Origin: Felis catus
Lineage: Eukaryota
Reading direction: 5' to 3'
Length of the DNA: 64,000 nucleotides
NCBI RefSeq assembly: GCF_018350175.1
Contig: NC_058368.1
Span: 139,998,001-140,062,000, forward strand
A program made the position numbers and the translations under genes. This document shows positions 1 to 12,957 of the stretch, one piece after another. Each line of letters begins with the position of its first letter. Within the stretch, counting starts at the first letter, position 1. Under the pieces are notes generated by a model. The model made no database searches, had not been told where the DNA came from, and was given only the letters and a program-made list of their open reading frames with translations.

Positions 1-1150
1 TCACATTTTCTTTATCCGCTCATCTATGGATGAACACTTAGGTTGCTTCCATATTTTGGCTATTGTAAATAATGCTACAATAAACATAAGGGTGCAAATA
101 TCTTTTTGAATTGGTGCTTTTGTTTTCTTTGGGTAAATATCCAGTGGTGAAATTGCTGGATCATATGGTATTTATATTTTTAATTTTTTGAGGAACCTTT
201 ATACTGTTTTTCAGAATGGCTATACCAATTTACGTTCTCATCAACAGTGCAGGAGGGTTCCCTTTCTCCACATCTTTGCCAATCCTGTTGTTTCTTGTGT
301 TGTTGATTTTAGCCATTCTGACAGTTGTGAGGTGATACCTCACTGTGGTTTTGATGTGTATTACCCTGATGATCAGTGATATTGAGCATCTTTTCATATG
401 TCTGTTGGGCATCTGGATGTCTGGAAAAATGTCTATTCATGTCCTCTTCCCATTTTTTTTTTTTAATTTATTTTTTTGGGACAGAGAGAGACAGAGCATG
501 AACGGGGGAGGGGCAGAGAGAGAGGGAGACACAGAATCGGAAACAGGCTCCAGGCTCCGAGCCATCAGCCCAGAGCCTGACGCGGGGCTCGAACTCCCGG
601 ACCGCGAGATCGTGACCTGGCTGAAGTCGGGCGCTTAACCGACTGCGCCACCCAGGCGCCCCACCTCTTCCCATTTTTAATGGGATTATTTGTTTTGGGG
701 GGAGTTGAGTTGTAAGAGTTCTTTATATATTTTGGATATTAACCTCTTATCAGGTATTTCATTTGCAAATATCTTCTTCCATTCAGTACGTTGCCTTTTT
801 GTTTAATTGATGATTTCTTTTGCTGTACAAAAGGTCTATATTTTAGTAGAGTCCCAATAGTTTAGTTTTGCTTTTGTTTTTCTTGCCTGAGGAGGTATAT
901 CTAGAAAAATGTTGCTAAGGCCAATGTCAAAGAAATTACTGCCCATAATCTCTTCTACGAACTTTATGGTTTCAGGTCTCATATTTAGGTCCTTTAATCC
1001 ATTTGAGCCTATTTTTATGTATGGTACAAGAAAGCGGTATAGTTTCATTATTTTGCAAGTATCTGTCCAATTTTCCTGGCACCATTTGTTGAAGAGACTG
1101 ACTTTTCCCCATTGTATGTTCTTGCCTCCTTTGTCGTAGATTAATTGACT
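1..1150 (-). mobile_element. L1 LINE fragment (ORF2 3' region), 5'-truncated, runs off the window start; interrupted by a SINE
   Basis: Antisense ORF2 text; minus-strand ORFs 230-412 ([20 protein letters not shown]) and 836-1168 (YSQLIYDKGGKNIQWGK..LFNKWC) match L1 ORF2p C-terminal motifs. Confidence 0.95.
458..662 (-). mobile_element. Can-SINE, young felid SINEC_Fc-like
   Basis: Reverse complement of GGGGCGCCTGGGTGGCGCAGTCGG head, CT-rich region, A tail; TSD cctcttcccattttt at 443-457 and 664-678. Confidence 0.97.
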
Positions 1151-1363
1151 GTAGATTAATTTCTTCACATCTTCTATCAGTTTTTGCTCTAAGCTATCTA
1201 TTCAAGGATGTGTATGTGGCAAACAAGCTTACAAATATAGTATCTGCTTGTAGGACATAAGGTAGATTTGTTTCCTGATCAGTTTAATAAATATAGTATC
1301 TCCCTCTGAGGTAAAGGATAGGCAGGTTTGGTAGTTGTCCCATTTAAAAGATTGGGGTTTCGT

Positions 1364-1573
1364 GGGGCATCTGGGTAGCTCAGTCAGTTGAGTGTCTGAT
1401 TCTTGATTTCAGCTTGGGTCATGATCCCAGGGTCATGGGATTGAGCCTTGCGTTCGGCTCTGTGCTGACTCTGGAGCCTGCTGAGGATTGTCTCCTTCCC
1501 TCTCTTTCTGCCCCACTCCCCTATTTGCATGAGCGTGCTCTCTCTCTCTAAAATAAAAATAAAAAAATAAGAC
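1364..1573 (+). mobile_element. Can-SINE (older subfamily)
   Basis: GGGGCATCTGGGTAGCTCAGTC head, CT tract, AAATAAA tail. Confidence 0.95.
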
Positions 1574-1592
1574 AAAAGGTTAGGGTTTCCTG

Positions 1593-1757
1593 TGGGAGGT
1601 GATATAAGTGAAATAGGTGATGGGGATTAAAGAGCACACTTGTCATGATGAGTACTGTGTAATGTATAGAATTGTTGAATCACTATATTGTACACTTGAA
1701 ACTAAGTGTATGTTAACAATACTGGAATTAAAATAAAAAAACTTAATAATAAAAAAA
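1593..1757 (+). mobile_element. Very short L1 3' end (carnivore L1 3'UTR plus A-rich tail)
   Basis: ggggattaaagagcacacttgtcatgatgag..ctggaattaaaataaaaaa; homologous to the L1 end at about 24570-24700. Confidence 0.9.
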
Positions 1758-2006
1758 GAGAGATTTCCTGAGTTTAGAGTTCCTAATCTGTGGCATAAAC
1801 CCACTGTGTTTTCTGCATCACCTGGTGGGATTTGTGGAGCAAGGAAAATCAATTTGAACATGAAGCTCATGCTAGCTACTGTACCATGAGTAATAACATT
1901 CCAGTCCTTGACCCAGGGGTCTTGTGTCTTCTGCCAGAATCTCTGAACCTGTGGCAAGTTAACTTGTTATCTTGCAAGTAGGATAAAAATCTCAGACCCT
2001 TCACAC

Positions 2007-2400
2007 TGAGAAACAGACTCTGAGAAGGAGATTTGCATGCACAAAGCCCATGGGGAATGCCCTTGAGATCAGCACCACTGTGAGAAGGAGGGAAGGTGGG
2101 CTGGGCTGAGGGAGAAGTTAAGCTTTTGGACTGTAGTACAGTTAGAGCAGAAGCCCCAGTCAATTCTACAGGCAGTTCTAAAGCCAGGATGGACTTTCAG
2201 AGTTGTTCCCAATTGCAGTGAAGGGCTTTGAACTTTATCCTGTTTGCACAGACAAGTCTTTGGATTTGGGCTGCTCCCAGGAAGGAGGCTTGACCTGGGG
2301 TGAATCAGCCCACTTAGCTGGGGGCAAGTGCAGGAGATGGACTCTGCTGAGAGCTCTCAGCTGCCATGAGTCCTAGGGGCTAACGGAATGGGTGTAGGCA
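2007..2400 (-). mobile_element. ERVL LTR, LTR16A-like
   Basis: cagactctgagaaggagatttgc..gagggagaagtt..ttcagagttgt matches recalled LTR16A antisense; related copy at 37642-38048. Confidence 0.75.
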
Positions 2401-2436
2401 GGACAGCTTGGAGTTTCCTTTAATTCATCTCTTTCC

Positions 2437-2524
2437 TTTTTTTTTTTTAAGTTTATTTATTTATTTTTGAGAGAGGGAGAGACAGCAAGCACTCAAGCAG
2501 GGGAGGGGCAGAGAGGGAGGGAGG

Positions 2525-2574
<50 letters not shown>

Positions 2575-2665
2575 GAGCTTGGTCCCACCAACCCCAAGAT
2601 CATGCATGACCTGAGCCAAAATCAAGAGCTGGACACTTACCCGTCTGAGCCACCCAGGTGCTCCC
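2437..2665 (-). mobile_element. Can-SINE with expanded (GA)n
   Basis: T tail, (GA)n, ends gagccacccaggtgctcc. Confidence 0.93.
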
Positions 2666-3904
2666 TTCTCTCTCCTTATAAAGAAAGTTTCCAGACATCA
2701 GATTCTGCTTCTGTTTCCTCAGGAGTGTCCTTTATGGGTATTCTTTCCACTCCTCTTCCCTATCTTTCCCTTGGCACAGACTCCTGAGTGAGTGACAGGT
2801 TGCCTTTCAGTCTGAGCCACCAGAGGAGGCTAGAGACCTCTTCAGTTTTTTTTTTCCCCTGACCCGCCTGATACAGCTTCTTCCTTGTCCATTTGAACAC
2901 AAAGATTCTTCCAGAACTTGAGTTTTACTGAGCTATTTTTTCTCATTTTCAGCCTTCCATCCAAGAACGCTGAAGTTTCTCTTTTGCTTGCTAAGATCAT
3001 GTAGCTACTCTGGCTTTAAACAGGTATTTGCAAACACCATCTATGGCCTAGGGATTGTGCTAGGCACTTTGGATATAACAGATGGAAATACCTTCTGGTT
3101 TGCTCAGGAACAGTTCATTGAACTCAGAGCTCAATTCAATCAGCAGACACTGGTAGAGTTCCTACTTTGTGCAGGGTCTCCCTGAGACTTTGGGACAGTG
3201 TAGTTAGAATGCTTATTTAGCTGCAAGAAACAGAGACCTGACTCAAAGTGACTTTAAAACTAAGACACCTATGAGGCCGACTGGGACTGCTGAGGTATAG
3301 CACTGGTTTCCTGAATTTAGAAAATCCCTCAGTCCTGGCCTGAGATGGGGCCTACCAGGCATGGTGCTTTTTTCTCAGTGGTGGGAGGTATAAGGTATTA
3401 TGATTTGACCTCAGTTTTAGGCGGGATGTCTTGGCATGTCCCAGAGCATGGGACCCCTAAAATCTTCACAGCTGGAGCATGACCCTGTATCTTAGAGTTT
3501 TTCCTCCCATCCTCTGGAATTCAGTACTTTAAGAATGCCTCCAATATACTTGCTGCTTCTTGCCCATCCAGTCAAATTGATATGATATCATTAATATAGT
3601 AGACCAGCATGATATTCTGAACATTGTATGGTGGAACTCAGGACACTCTTAGAGCTCTCTTCAAAAATCCTTAAAAAAAAGAACCCTCTTCTTTAATTTC
3701 CAGATTCTGATCCTTTTATACACAAAACTTGAGTGAAGAGCTTATGTGTCATCAAAGTGGTTTTTAGACACCTACTTTGAAATATCAGTGTGGGCCTAAC
3801 TTCAGAATATGGTGTCTGCTGTCTTCATGCTGCAGCTAAAACTAGGCTAGCAAGAGCCTTATTTTCAATACATATAAATGCCAGTTCCCTCCTTAAAAGA
3901 GTTC

Positions 3905-4090
3905 AGTTTTTAAAAAAATATTTATTTATTTATTTTGAAGGTGGCACAAGTAGGGGAGGGGCAGAGAGAGAGAATCCCAAGCAGGCTCTTCACTGTCAGC
4001 GCAAAGCCCAGTGTGGGGCTCGATTCCACAAACCGTGGGGTCGTGACCTGAGCTGAAATCAAGAGCCAGACAGAGCAACCCAGGTGCCCC
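3905..4090 (-). mobile_element. Can-SINE
   Basis: tttatttatttattttga..gacctgagctgaaatcaagag..cccaggtgcccc. Confidence 0.93.
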
Positions 4091-4439
4091 TCATTTTTTT
4101 TTTAAATAAGAATAAACTTTTATCCATTACCATTGAAAATAGGATCTCATAAATTGTGTTTTAACCAGATTTAAAAAGTAACATTTCTGTTTATCTCAGT
4201 CCTTTGTATAAATTTTAAACCTGGCACAGGAGGCGTATTTACCACTCAGAGAAACCGAAGGGACACTTTAGTACATTGCAACCAGGGGATGGCAATGCTT
4301 TGGTCACAACCATGGGATTCCAATAAAAAGATATGCTCTAGGCATGGTTTACCTGAGGCTGAGCTCAAAAACCTCTCTGTTCTTTTTTTTTGAAATAAAA
4401 TTTAATTCAATTTCTTTTTTTTTTATATTTGAAATAAAG

Positions 4440-5390
4440 TTCAAGCTCCCTCCCATGGCTTTCAGTGCACTGCCTTTCAATGCACTGCCTTTCAAACCCC
4501 TGCTCACTTATGCAACCTCAGTTCATGTCACTGCCCTCGTTGTGAATTGCATTTAGCCACAAGGCATTTCATTTCCCCAAATGAAGCACATTTCCTTCTC
4601 ACCTATGGGTCTTTGCCTCTGCTGCTTCCTCAGAGTGGAAGGCTCTTCCATCAGCTATCACATAGCTGCCTCGTTCTCATCCTTCAGGTCTCAGCTTGAC
4701 AGTTTAAATATCACTTCTTCAGGGAATTCTTCTCTGTTGACTTCCTTGAAAGTGAGTCAACTCCCACCTGTCTTGTCCTTCTCTATTACAGCAACCAGTA
4801 TGTGAGCTTCATAGGACCTACCATAGCTTGTAATTGTTTCTCATCTGACCCTCCACTGTACTGTCTGCTCCATGGGAGTGGGGACCATTTCTGTGTCTTG
4901 CCCTGTGCTACACCCAGAATCTTGTCTATTACCCTATGCGTTCATTTTCCAGGGCTTCCGTAACAAAGTACCACAAAGTACTTTTGTAACAAAATCTGGG
5001 GGGCTTAAAGACCAAAAATTGATTCCCTCACAATTCTGGAGGCTAAAAGTCCAAGACCAAAGTGTTGGTGGGATAGGTTTCTTCTGAGGCTTTCTCTTTG
5101 ACTTGTGGATGGCCGTCTTCTCCCTGTGTCTTCCCATGGTCTTCCCTCCATGCATATCAGTCCTATTCTCCTCCTCTTATAAAGATACCAGTCATATTGG
5201 ATTAGGGCCTACCCTAATGGCCTCATTTTAATTTAATTAACTGTTTAAATACCTTATCTCTAAATACAGTCACATCCTGAGGTACTAGAAGTTAGGACTT
5301 CAACATATGACTTTTAGGGGACACAATTCAGGCTATAAAACCCTGGCACACAGTGGACATTGCATAAGTGTCACTGAATGAATAAATGAC
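4440..5390 (+). mobile_element. L2 3' relic, interrupted by an MLT1 LTR
   Basis: ccttcaggtctcagctt..atatcacttcttcaggga; resumes after 5340 with cctggcacacagtgg..tgaatgaataaatga, the typical L2 end. Confidence 0.7.
4937..5340 (-). mobile_element. MaLR solo LTR, MLT1B-like
   Basis: gtaacaaagtaccacaaa..ttctggaggctaaaagtccaaga..ggattagggcctaccctaatg..ggggacacaattca; 5-bp flanks cccta/ccctg. Confidence 0.88.
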
Positions 5391-7821
5391 TTCATAATCA
5401 TCATAGTTCAAATACTGTAAAACAGAAAGGAAGCTTGATACTTATCTGAGTGTCCTGCTATTAGAGATGCTGGAGTGAGTGTTTAGATTGGCCAGTGGCA
5501 TCTGTTTTTCTCTAATCTCCAGAGGTGCTTCTTGTGCATAATCTTGAGTATCACTCTTGAGTATCACAGATCCATTCCAATCCCTCTGACTTTGACAAAC
5601 AAACAAACAAAACTACAAAGCTTAGGGACTTGTCCAAGATCATACAACTAAGGAGTTGCAGATTTAGTATGTAAAACGAAATGCCTGGCCTACTATGCTG
5701 TTTCCAATGCCTTACATTTATAAAGAGCCACATTTTCCTGGCTAATGCTAAAATTATCCACAATTTAGACTTTAAGTTATGTGGGAAATTGAAGTCAGCA
5801 CTCAAGGAGCACATCACTGTTCCTTCATTGGCCTAGGTCAATGGTTTGCAAAACAGGTATACTTGTTCAGTGGAGAAGCAAGTGTTAGCAAACCTCCTCC
5901 CTTTGTAACAAATTTGTGTTATATGTAGAATACAGTGATGGTCTATAGAATAGTGTGGCAATCACCTTTCTTCTCCTCCTGGGTTGGGCAGAGTAGAGAA
6001 GAGGGCTAGCCTTTGCTTTTGAGAGTATGTGGCAACATCTGAGAAGCCTTGAAAGCTGATGGTCACCTGCATACGATCCCAAATGACCACACTCCTTATT
6101 TCTATAAATCTCCATGATTCCACCACTGGTAGAAGAAAGGAAAAGGAGGAAGACATGATGACAATGCCCAGATAAATATTACCAGGGAGGCTATGTGTGC
6201 TGTCCTCTAAATTGGGAGTCTGCAGAGTTTGTACCCCCTTGTTCAGTCTCCCATTGTGAGCCCCTGTGATATCTAATGTGGGGAGCACAGGAATCGCCTT
6301 AAGTTAGGATGCCACTGGTACTCATTTTCTGGACTTTGAGGCCTCCTCAATCTGTGAGCCTGTCATTGAAGAGGGTGAGAGCTTCTGTAGCAGTGTCCGT
6401 AGAGGTGAATGAGGACAAACCGCTCAATGACCGCCTTCTATCATGCTAAGAAAGCTTTCGCCTACCGTTTTGTTTCTGGCTGGCCATGGGTAAATTGTTG
6501 GAGTCAAGACATTACTGAAATAGCCTCTCCCCCTCTGAGCAAGGCTGTGTTGATGAGTGGGGAGGTGGGTGGGAGATATCTCACCCTATTTGTTTTGTGT
6601 TTTTTCTTGTTCTAAACTATATTATATGGTGGACTGAATGTTTTGATTACTGCTGATTCTGAGGTACTTGTGCCAGCCCTAAATTAGAGAGTCCTAATTG
6701 TTTTCTGATACAAACCGGCAGTTGGTATTGATTGTGATTACAGCTAGGGAGTTTGGGACTTTGGTTATTGATCAGCTCTGAACTCAGAGAACCTGTCTGC
6801 AGTGGAGAAACACAGGGATGGTCAGATCTCCTAATCCTTGCCTGCCTTTACCTCCCATCTCAGATTTCAAAGGGAATCTGTGGAGTAGAACATCCTCCAG
6901 GCAAACACCCATACTTTAGTGCTAGTGCTAGGAGATTTGCAAAATAGATAAAATGTTCACTTGTGTTTCTAGGATTATTTTGGGAAAAGGTTTAATTTAT
7001 CATCATTTTGGTCCATCCAAGAATACTGGTGCATATTCACTAATCTACAACTTTTAAGTTAAAAAAAAAATAGATTGAATCAGTACTTTTAAAATTATCT
7101 ATGTATCATCATTTAAAAATATCTTTGTTTTCAATAACATGATTTTGATCTCAGTTTTTTCTTTTTTGTTTTTTGTTTTTTGCATCATTTCTGGTGAATA
7201 ATCCATTTGCTGGAAACTTGAGTTATAACAGATGGCATGAAATAGAAATGTTACCTCTGTAATTTAAAATCCATTTTCTTTCATTCCAGTTTATTTTTGA
7301 GGTATCTGCCTTGCAATCTCAGACTATGTAAATGTGTTTGTGACTTGGGTAAGAAATGTGCCGCTGACTGGCATAACTGAATTGTAGAATATATTTCCTT
7401 CTCCTTTTTCATCTTTATTAATTAGGGCTGTGTCTAGACTGTGAACTGGCACTGCCCATTTTGTGTTGCAGAGATCTATCTGATATCAGGAGGGACCATT
7501 AATAAGTCACAGACCAGACTGGCTTGAGTACTCTGGTCCATTAAAAACATCTTAGGGCCAGATAAACCCTGACCTCCCTAACAAAATGTGATTACCTGTT
7601 TCTTACTGCTTTACTTGCTCTCCAGATTCCTAAACTTAGGGCTGCGTTCCCAAGTGAGAACTCTTACTTGCGTTTTGTGACATTTGGCTTCTTTGATTCC
7701 TTAAACTTGATTTTGGCCTTGCACTAGAACTCCACCCTTTACCTCAGGGGCTAAAGAGATCCATTTCTTCTCTGGCATTATGTATCTTCATGTACCCCTG
7801 GTTTAGGCCTTGCTATGTTTT

Positions 7822-8033
7822 TTGTTTTTTAATGTTTATTTGTTTTTGAGAGAAGGAGAAAGAGCATGAGCAGGAGAGGGACAGAGAGAGAGACACACAC
7901 ACAGTACCTGAAGCATACTCCAGGCTCTAAGAGGTCAGCACAGAGCCTGATGTAGGGCTTGAACCCACAAACCGTGAGATCATTACCTTAGCTAAAGTCA
8001 GACGCTTAACAGACTGAGCCACCCAGGTCCCCC
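7822..8033 (-). mobile_element. Can-SINE
   Basis: Full body; perfect 18-bp TSD taggccttgctatgtttt at 7804-7821 and 8034-8051. Confidence 0.96.
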
Positions 8034-8803
8034 TAGGCCTTGCTATGTTTTAGGTCATATCAGTCACTACCCTATCAATTGACCCATTTGATGGGAAAAT
8101 TTATAAAAGAGGCACTCAGGTGGAATTGTAGTGAGTTGTCTTGGGTAGCTGACATCTTTCAGGGAGAGTTCCATAGAGAGTGATTATTTTAAATCTGTCC
8201 TGTAACTAGTCCATCTTCTTTTTATTCCATTCAAATAATGTTTGTATTATTCTTCAGTGTGCTGATTTCTAGTTAGCACATCACATCTACTTTTATCCTC
8301 GGGTGTATTATGGACTCCTTATGTGACCTAGGTAGAGTTAGACATATGTATAATTATTCTCTTCTCTTCTGAAACAAGCTGGGGGGAAAAACCTGTACTT
8401 TTTTGATGTATCTAGCAAGATACTTTCTCTTAGGGGGAGAATTATGTTTGGAGAAATACCTAGATAAGCACTTGGGGTAGAAGGTGAGGCACCAAAGGTA
8501 TGTGTCAGCTGGTGACAGAACTTGAGGAAAGATGGCAGACCAACATGAATGAGGAGAGGACTGTATTTGTCATTTTCATGAGAAAAGAGGTGATAAAGAA
8601 GAGAAGGATAGAAGGATAGGTACATGGACTCTGAGAGGGTTAAGGAACAAAAGGTGAACCTTTCCGGTAAGATGACCACAAAAATTTGGGGGAGTAGGAG
8701 TGATTAATAGAGGTTTTTAGGTGACTTTCTTGTCCCATCTTCAATCTGAACCCTTCCTAGGAATCCCAGATATAAAAAAAAAAAATAAGAATGTTTTGGG
8801 TAA

Positions 8804-9014
8804 GGGGTGCCTGGGTGGCTCAGTTACTTGAGCATCTGACTCTTGATTTAGGCTCAAGTCATGATCCCAGGGTCATCGAACTGAGACCTGGGCTGGGCTC
8901 CATGCTGAGCGTGGAGCCTGCTTGGGATTCTCTCTTTGCTTTCTCTCTATCTGCCCCTTCCCCATTCACACTCCCTCTTCCTCTCAGAAGAAATAAATAA
9001 ACTTTAAACAAAAA
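8804..9014 (+). mobile_element. Can-SINE
   Basis: GGGGTGCCTGGGTGGCTCAG head; flanking repeat atgttttgggtaa. Confidence 0.95.
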
Positions 9015-9700
9015 GGATGTTTTGGGTAAGAATACATGGGTTTTTAAGCAGGTGAGTTGATTTCATGATTAAGTTGATTATGTTGAGGTGTCAGGTGAAG
9101 GAAATTCTCCTGAGATGGAAGAAAACACACCAGGGATTCTCAGACCCAGTTATCTTGCAGAAGTATTGGAGTTCTGAAGGCTAGAGAACTGTATGAGATG
9201 AGTCAGTTTTACTCAGATCTCAAGAGGCTAAAGATTCCATCTAATATTTAGATTATACCCATATGTGGCCTGGATATTGGGTAAGAGGCTCAAGCTTCTG
9301 AGTAATAATAGCCTTTGGGCCAAAAAAATCAGGAAGATGTTGATCTCTGGAAACTTTCAATTGCCAATTGATTAGTGTTAATCAAGGAACAGAAGAGTAC
9401 TAGGAAAGGCTCCTGGGGAGTCATCTCTGCCTACAAGGGAGAAAATTTGGCTGATTGCATTTATTCCACCTGATACTGTATTCTTTATGATCATGGGTTG
9501 GAGAGAGGGGATGGTGAGGATGGGTCTTGAAATGCACTGGAAAAGAATGCAGAGGTTTAGCTGAATAAAGCTGCTCTTTAACTCTAGATTTGGAATAGAT
9601 ATGTTGAATTATCTGTTTTCATGAGACAAATGTGCCATCATGAGGTCTGTAAAATTTTCAAGATTCTGTGGGTATGACTAACTTTTAACAGTGAGATTTA

Positions 9701-9930
9701 TTTTTACTTATTTATTATTTTTAAGCTTATTTATTTATTTTGAGACAGAGAGAGAGCACACTCATGAGCAGGACAGGGGCAGAGAGAGAGAGGTGGAGGG
9801 AGAGAATCACAAGCAGGCTCCATGCTGTCAGTGCAGAGTCGGACATAGGTCTCAATTGCATGAACCCTGAGATCACGACTTGAGCCAAAATCAAGAGTCA
9901 GACGCTTGACTGAGCCACTCAGGTACCCCC
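9701..9930 (-). mobile_element. Can-SINE
   Basis: TSD aacagtgagattta at 9687-9700 and 9932-9945. Confidence 0.95.
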
Positions 9931-10334
9931 GAACAGTGAGATTTAATTCAGGAAATTTACTTCACACCTGCCATGCAAAAAACACAGTGAAAAAACTCTG
10001 AAAGTACATAAGATAGAGTAAAAGAGACATTCTTGCTGGGGAGACCAGACATATCACCAAGGAGAACAAGGATTTTGGGTCTATGAATGGCAACTAGTCT
10101 AGTTGAGTGTGTGTTAAGGGAAATTGTGGAAGATAAGCCATAAGGGAGGCAGAATTATTAACTTTATCTTTAGAATTCTGTTTTGAGATGTCAATTTTTA
10201 TTTACAGCTCAGTTGTCTACTTGCATTCCTCTTTTATTCAAAGAAAAAGAAAAACTGAATCAACACAGTGTTATGGAGTAAAATCTTGTGGGGAGAATTG
10301 TTGAAGAGGTTTACATAAACACACATATATTTTT

Positions 10335-11890
10335 TAATCTTTAAATCGTTTTTATTTTTACTTTTTTGTTTTTATTATTTATTATTTTTATTTTTTATTT
10401 TAGAGAGAGAACATGAGGTGGGGGGGGAGAGGGGCAGAGGGAGAAAGAAAGAGAATCCCAAGCAGGCCCCACACCCAGCACAGAGCTGGACACAGGGCTT
10501 GATCCCACAATCCTGGGATCATGACCTGAGCCAAAATAAGAATCAGTTGTTCAACCAACTGAGCCACCCAGGCACCCCATAAATTTTAAAACATTTTTTT
10601 AAATGGAATAATGTTGACATATAGTATTAGTTTCAGGTCTACAATTATGTATGCTACAAAATGCTCTCCATAATAAATGTAATTACTATATAAAATTATT
10701 ACAATAATATTGATTATATTACTTATGCTGTACCTTTCATCCCCGTGACTTATTTATTTTATAGTAGGAGGTGTGTACCTCCTAATCCCCTTCACCTATT
10801 TCATCCATACTCCCACCTCCTGTCTGCTGTAAGCACCAGTTTGTTCTGTACATTTATGAGTCTGTTTCTATTTTCATTATTGTTGTTTGTATGTTAGTTC
10901 ATTTGTTTTGTTTTTTAGATTCCACATGTAAGTTTTCATTTCTTTCTGTCTGACTTCTTTCATTTAGCATAATACCCTCTAGGTCCATCCATATTGTTGC
11001 AAGTGGCAAGATCTCACTCTTTTTTATGGCTGAGTAATACTCCATTGTATATATATCCCATATTTTTATCCATTCATCTATGGATGGACACTGAAGTTGA
11101 AGTAGTGTTTTTGTTTTCCTCACTTAGATACCAGTGTAGCACTACTGGCTCATGTGGTATTTCTATTTTTGTTTTTTTTGTGGCATCTTCATACTATTTT
11201 CCACGGCGTCTGTACCAATTTATATTCCCACCAATAGTGCAAGAGGGTTCTCTTTCCTACACTTCCCACCAACCCTTGATATATCTTGTCTTTTTGATTA
11301 TAGCCATTCTAACAAGTGTGAGGCGATATCTCATTGTGGTTTTGTTTTGCATTTCCCTGATGATAAGTGATGTTGAGCATCCTTTCATGTATCTGTTGAC
11401 CCTCTGTATGTCTTCTTTGGAAAATGTCTCTTCAGGTCTTCTGCCCATTTTTTATGGGATTATTTGTATTTTTTTGAGTATTGAGTTGTATGAGTTCTTT
11501 ACATATTTTGGACATTAATCCCATATTGGATATATCATTTGCAAATATCTTCTCCCATTCAGTAGGTTACCTTTTTGTTTTGTTGATGGTTTCCTTTGCT
11601 GTGCAACTTAGGAATTTTATGGTGTCAGGTTTACATTTAGGTCTTTAATCCATTTGGAGTTTATTTTTGTGTATGATATAAGAAAATGGTCCAGTTTTAT
11701 TCTTTTGTGTGTAACTGCTCAGTTATCCCAATATCACTTACTGAAGAGACTACATTTTCCTCACTGTATATTCTTGTCTCCTTTGCTATAGATTAATTGA
11801 CCATGTAAACATGGGTTTATTTCTGGGCTCTCTATTATTTTCCATCAATCTATGTACTTATTTTTGTGTCAGTATCATACTGTTTTGATC
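10335..11890 (-). mobile_element. 5'-truncated L1 (3'UTR plus ORF2 end) with internal deletions; SINE nested in its tail
   Basis: ORF 10899-11123 ([20 protein letters not shown]) and ORF 11257-11448; candidate TSD cacatatat(t/g)ttt at 10322-10334 and 11894-11906. Confidence 0.93.
10355..10578 (-). mobile_element. Can-SINE in an L1 tail
   Basis: Ends gagccacccaggcacccc at 10578. Confidence 0.93.
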
Positions 11891-12737
11891 ACCCACATAT
11901 ATGTTTAAAGCACAAATTACACGTGATAGCACAAGAGCAAATTTGTGTCTTTCACACTTACAGGATGGATATTTGATAGTTTTGATATACTTTGGTACGT
12001 TTTCAGAAGGTTAGGCAGAGATGGACTCCCTCCCTACCCCAATTCAGATGATTAAATTTCTGCCTATAAAATAATATTTTTTTAGCTAGAGTATTTTGTT
12101 TGCTTGAAACACATCTTTGGAAGGCAAGGAGAATACTAGTTCACCTTTGGGAGCCTTGAGATACTTCTTATCTGGATTACGTAGAATCAGGGATCTCAGA
12201 GGCCACAGTCCTGAAAAAGAGAGACCGTGGGTAGGCTTAAGTCAATGAAATATCCCAGCAACTCTGGGTGTTTTATGACTTCTCACTGTCTTTGTGCAAA
12301 TTGATCAGAACTGCCCTCTGTCCATAATGTCAAGAATGAAGTTGTCCTCTGTACATGTGAGCAGTAACATGGAACTTAAAACCCCCACAAGTGATCCATC
12401 TGTCTGTACAATTTAATGACTTGACTTTTTGTGTCCCTTCCAAGGTTGAGCCATCGCTTCTGGGACTTAGATTCTAGGAGAACATGGTTCCCATCTATCA
12501 TCTTACCTGTAGGCAGACATAGTTATAGATAGAGCTAATGTCTATGATGTAAGAACCAATTTTAACAAATCTACCTCTTAAATTACTCTTTGTGGTCTGG
12601 CTATGATGAATAACTTTTTGTTACCTAAAGACAGTAGATCTTAGTCAGAATTATTATTCTCATAAATTCCTGAGTTGGCTAGATCCTGATAATAAATACA
12701 ACATGGAGTTCACTTTTGCAAATGAAATTTTAGTCCT

Positions 12738-12957
12738 GGGGCACCTGGGTGGCTCAGCGGGTTGAGCATTGACTCTTGATTTCAGCTCAGGTCATGATCT
12801 CACCGTTACGAGATTAAGCCCTGTGTTGGGCTCTGCACTGACAGCATGGAGCCTGCTTGGGATCCCCTCTCTCTCTCACTCTCTTTCTCTCTCTCTCCCT
12901 CCCCAGCTCACACGTACTCTGTGTCTCACAAAATAAATAAATGAATTTTTAAAAAAA
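12738..12957 (+). mobile_element. Can-SINE
   Basis: TSD gaaattttagtcct at 12724-12737 and 12958-12971. Confidence 0.96.

Larger units (their letters stand above)
1180..2006 (+). mobile_element. Old ERV LTR (MER76/MER77-like; name uncertain), split by a SINE and an L1 tail
   Basis: 3' part catgaagctcatgct..gtaataa..gacccagg..ttaacttgtt..cttgcaagtagg..aaatctcagacccttcaca resembles a recalled eutherian LTR consensus. Confidence 0.65.

Noticed and set aside
7270..7355. Possible 59-nt exon (pyrimidine tract, AG at 7288-7289, donor GTAAGA at 7349)
   Set aside because: Splice-like pairs are common in intronic DNA; no recognisable peptide and no partner exons found.
10994..11518. 174-aa plus-strand ORF
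   Set aside because: Antisense reading of L1 ORF2/3' sequence; no host-protein features.
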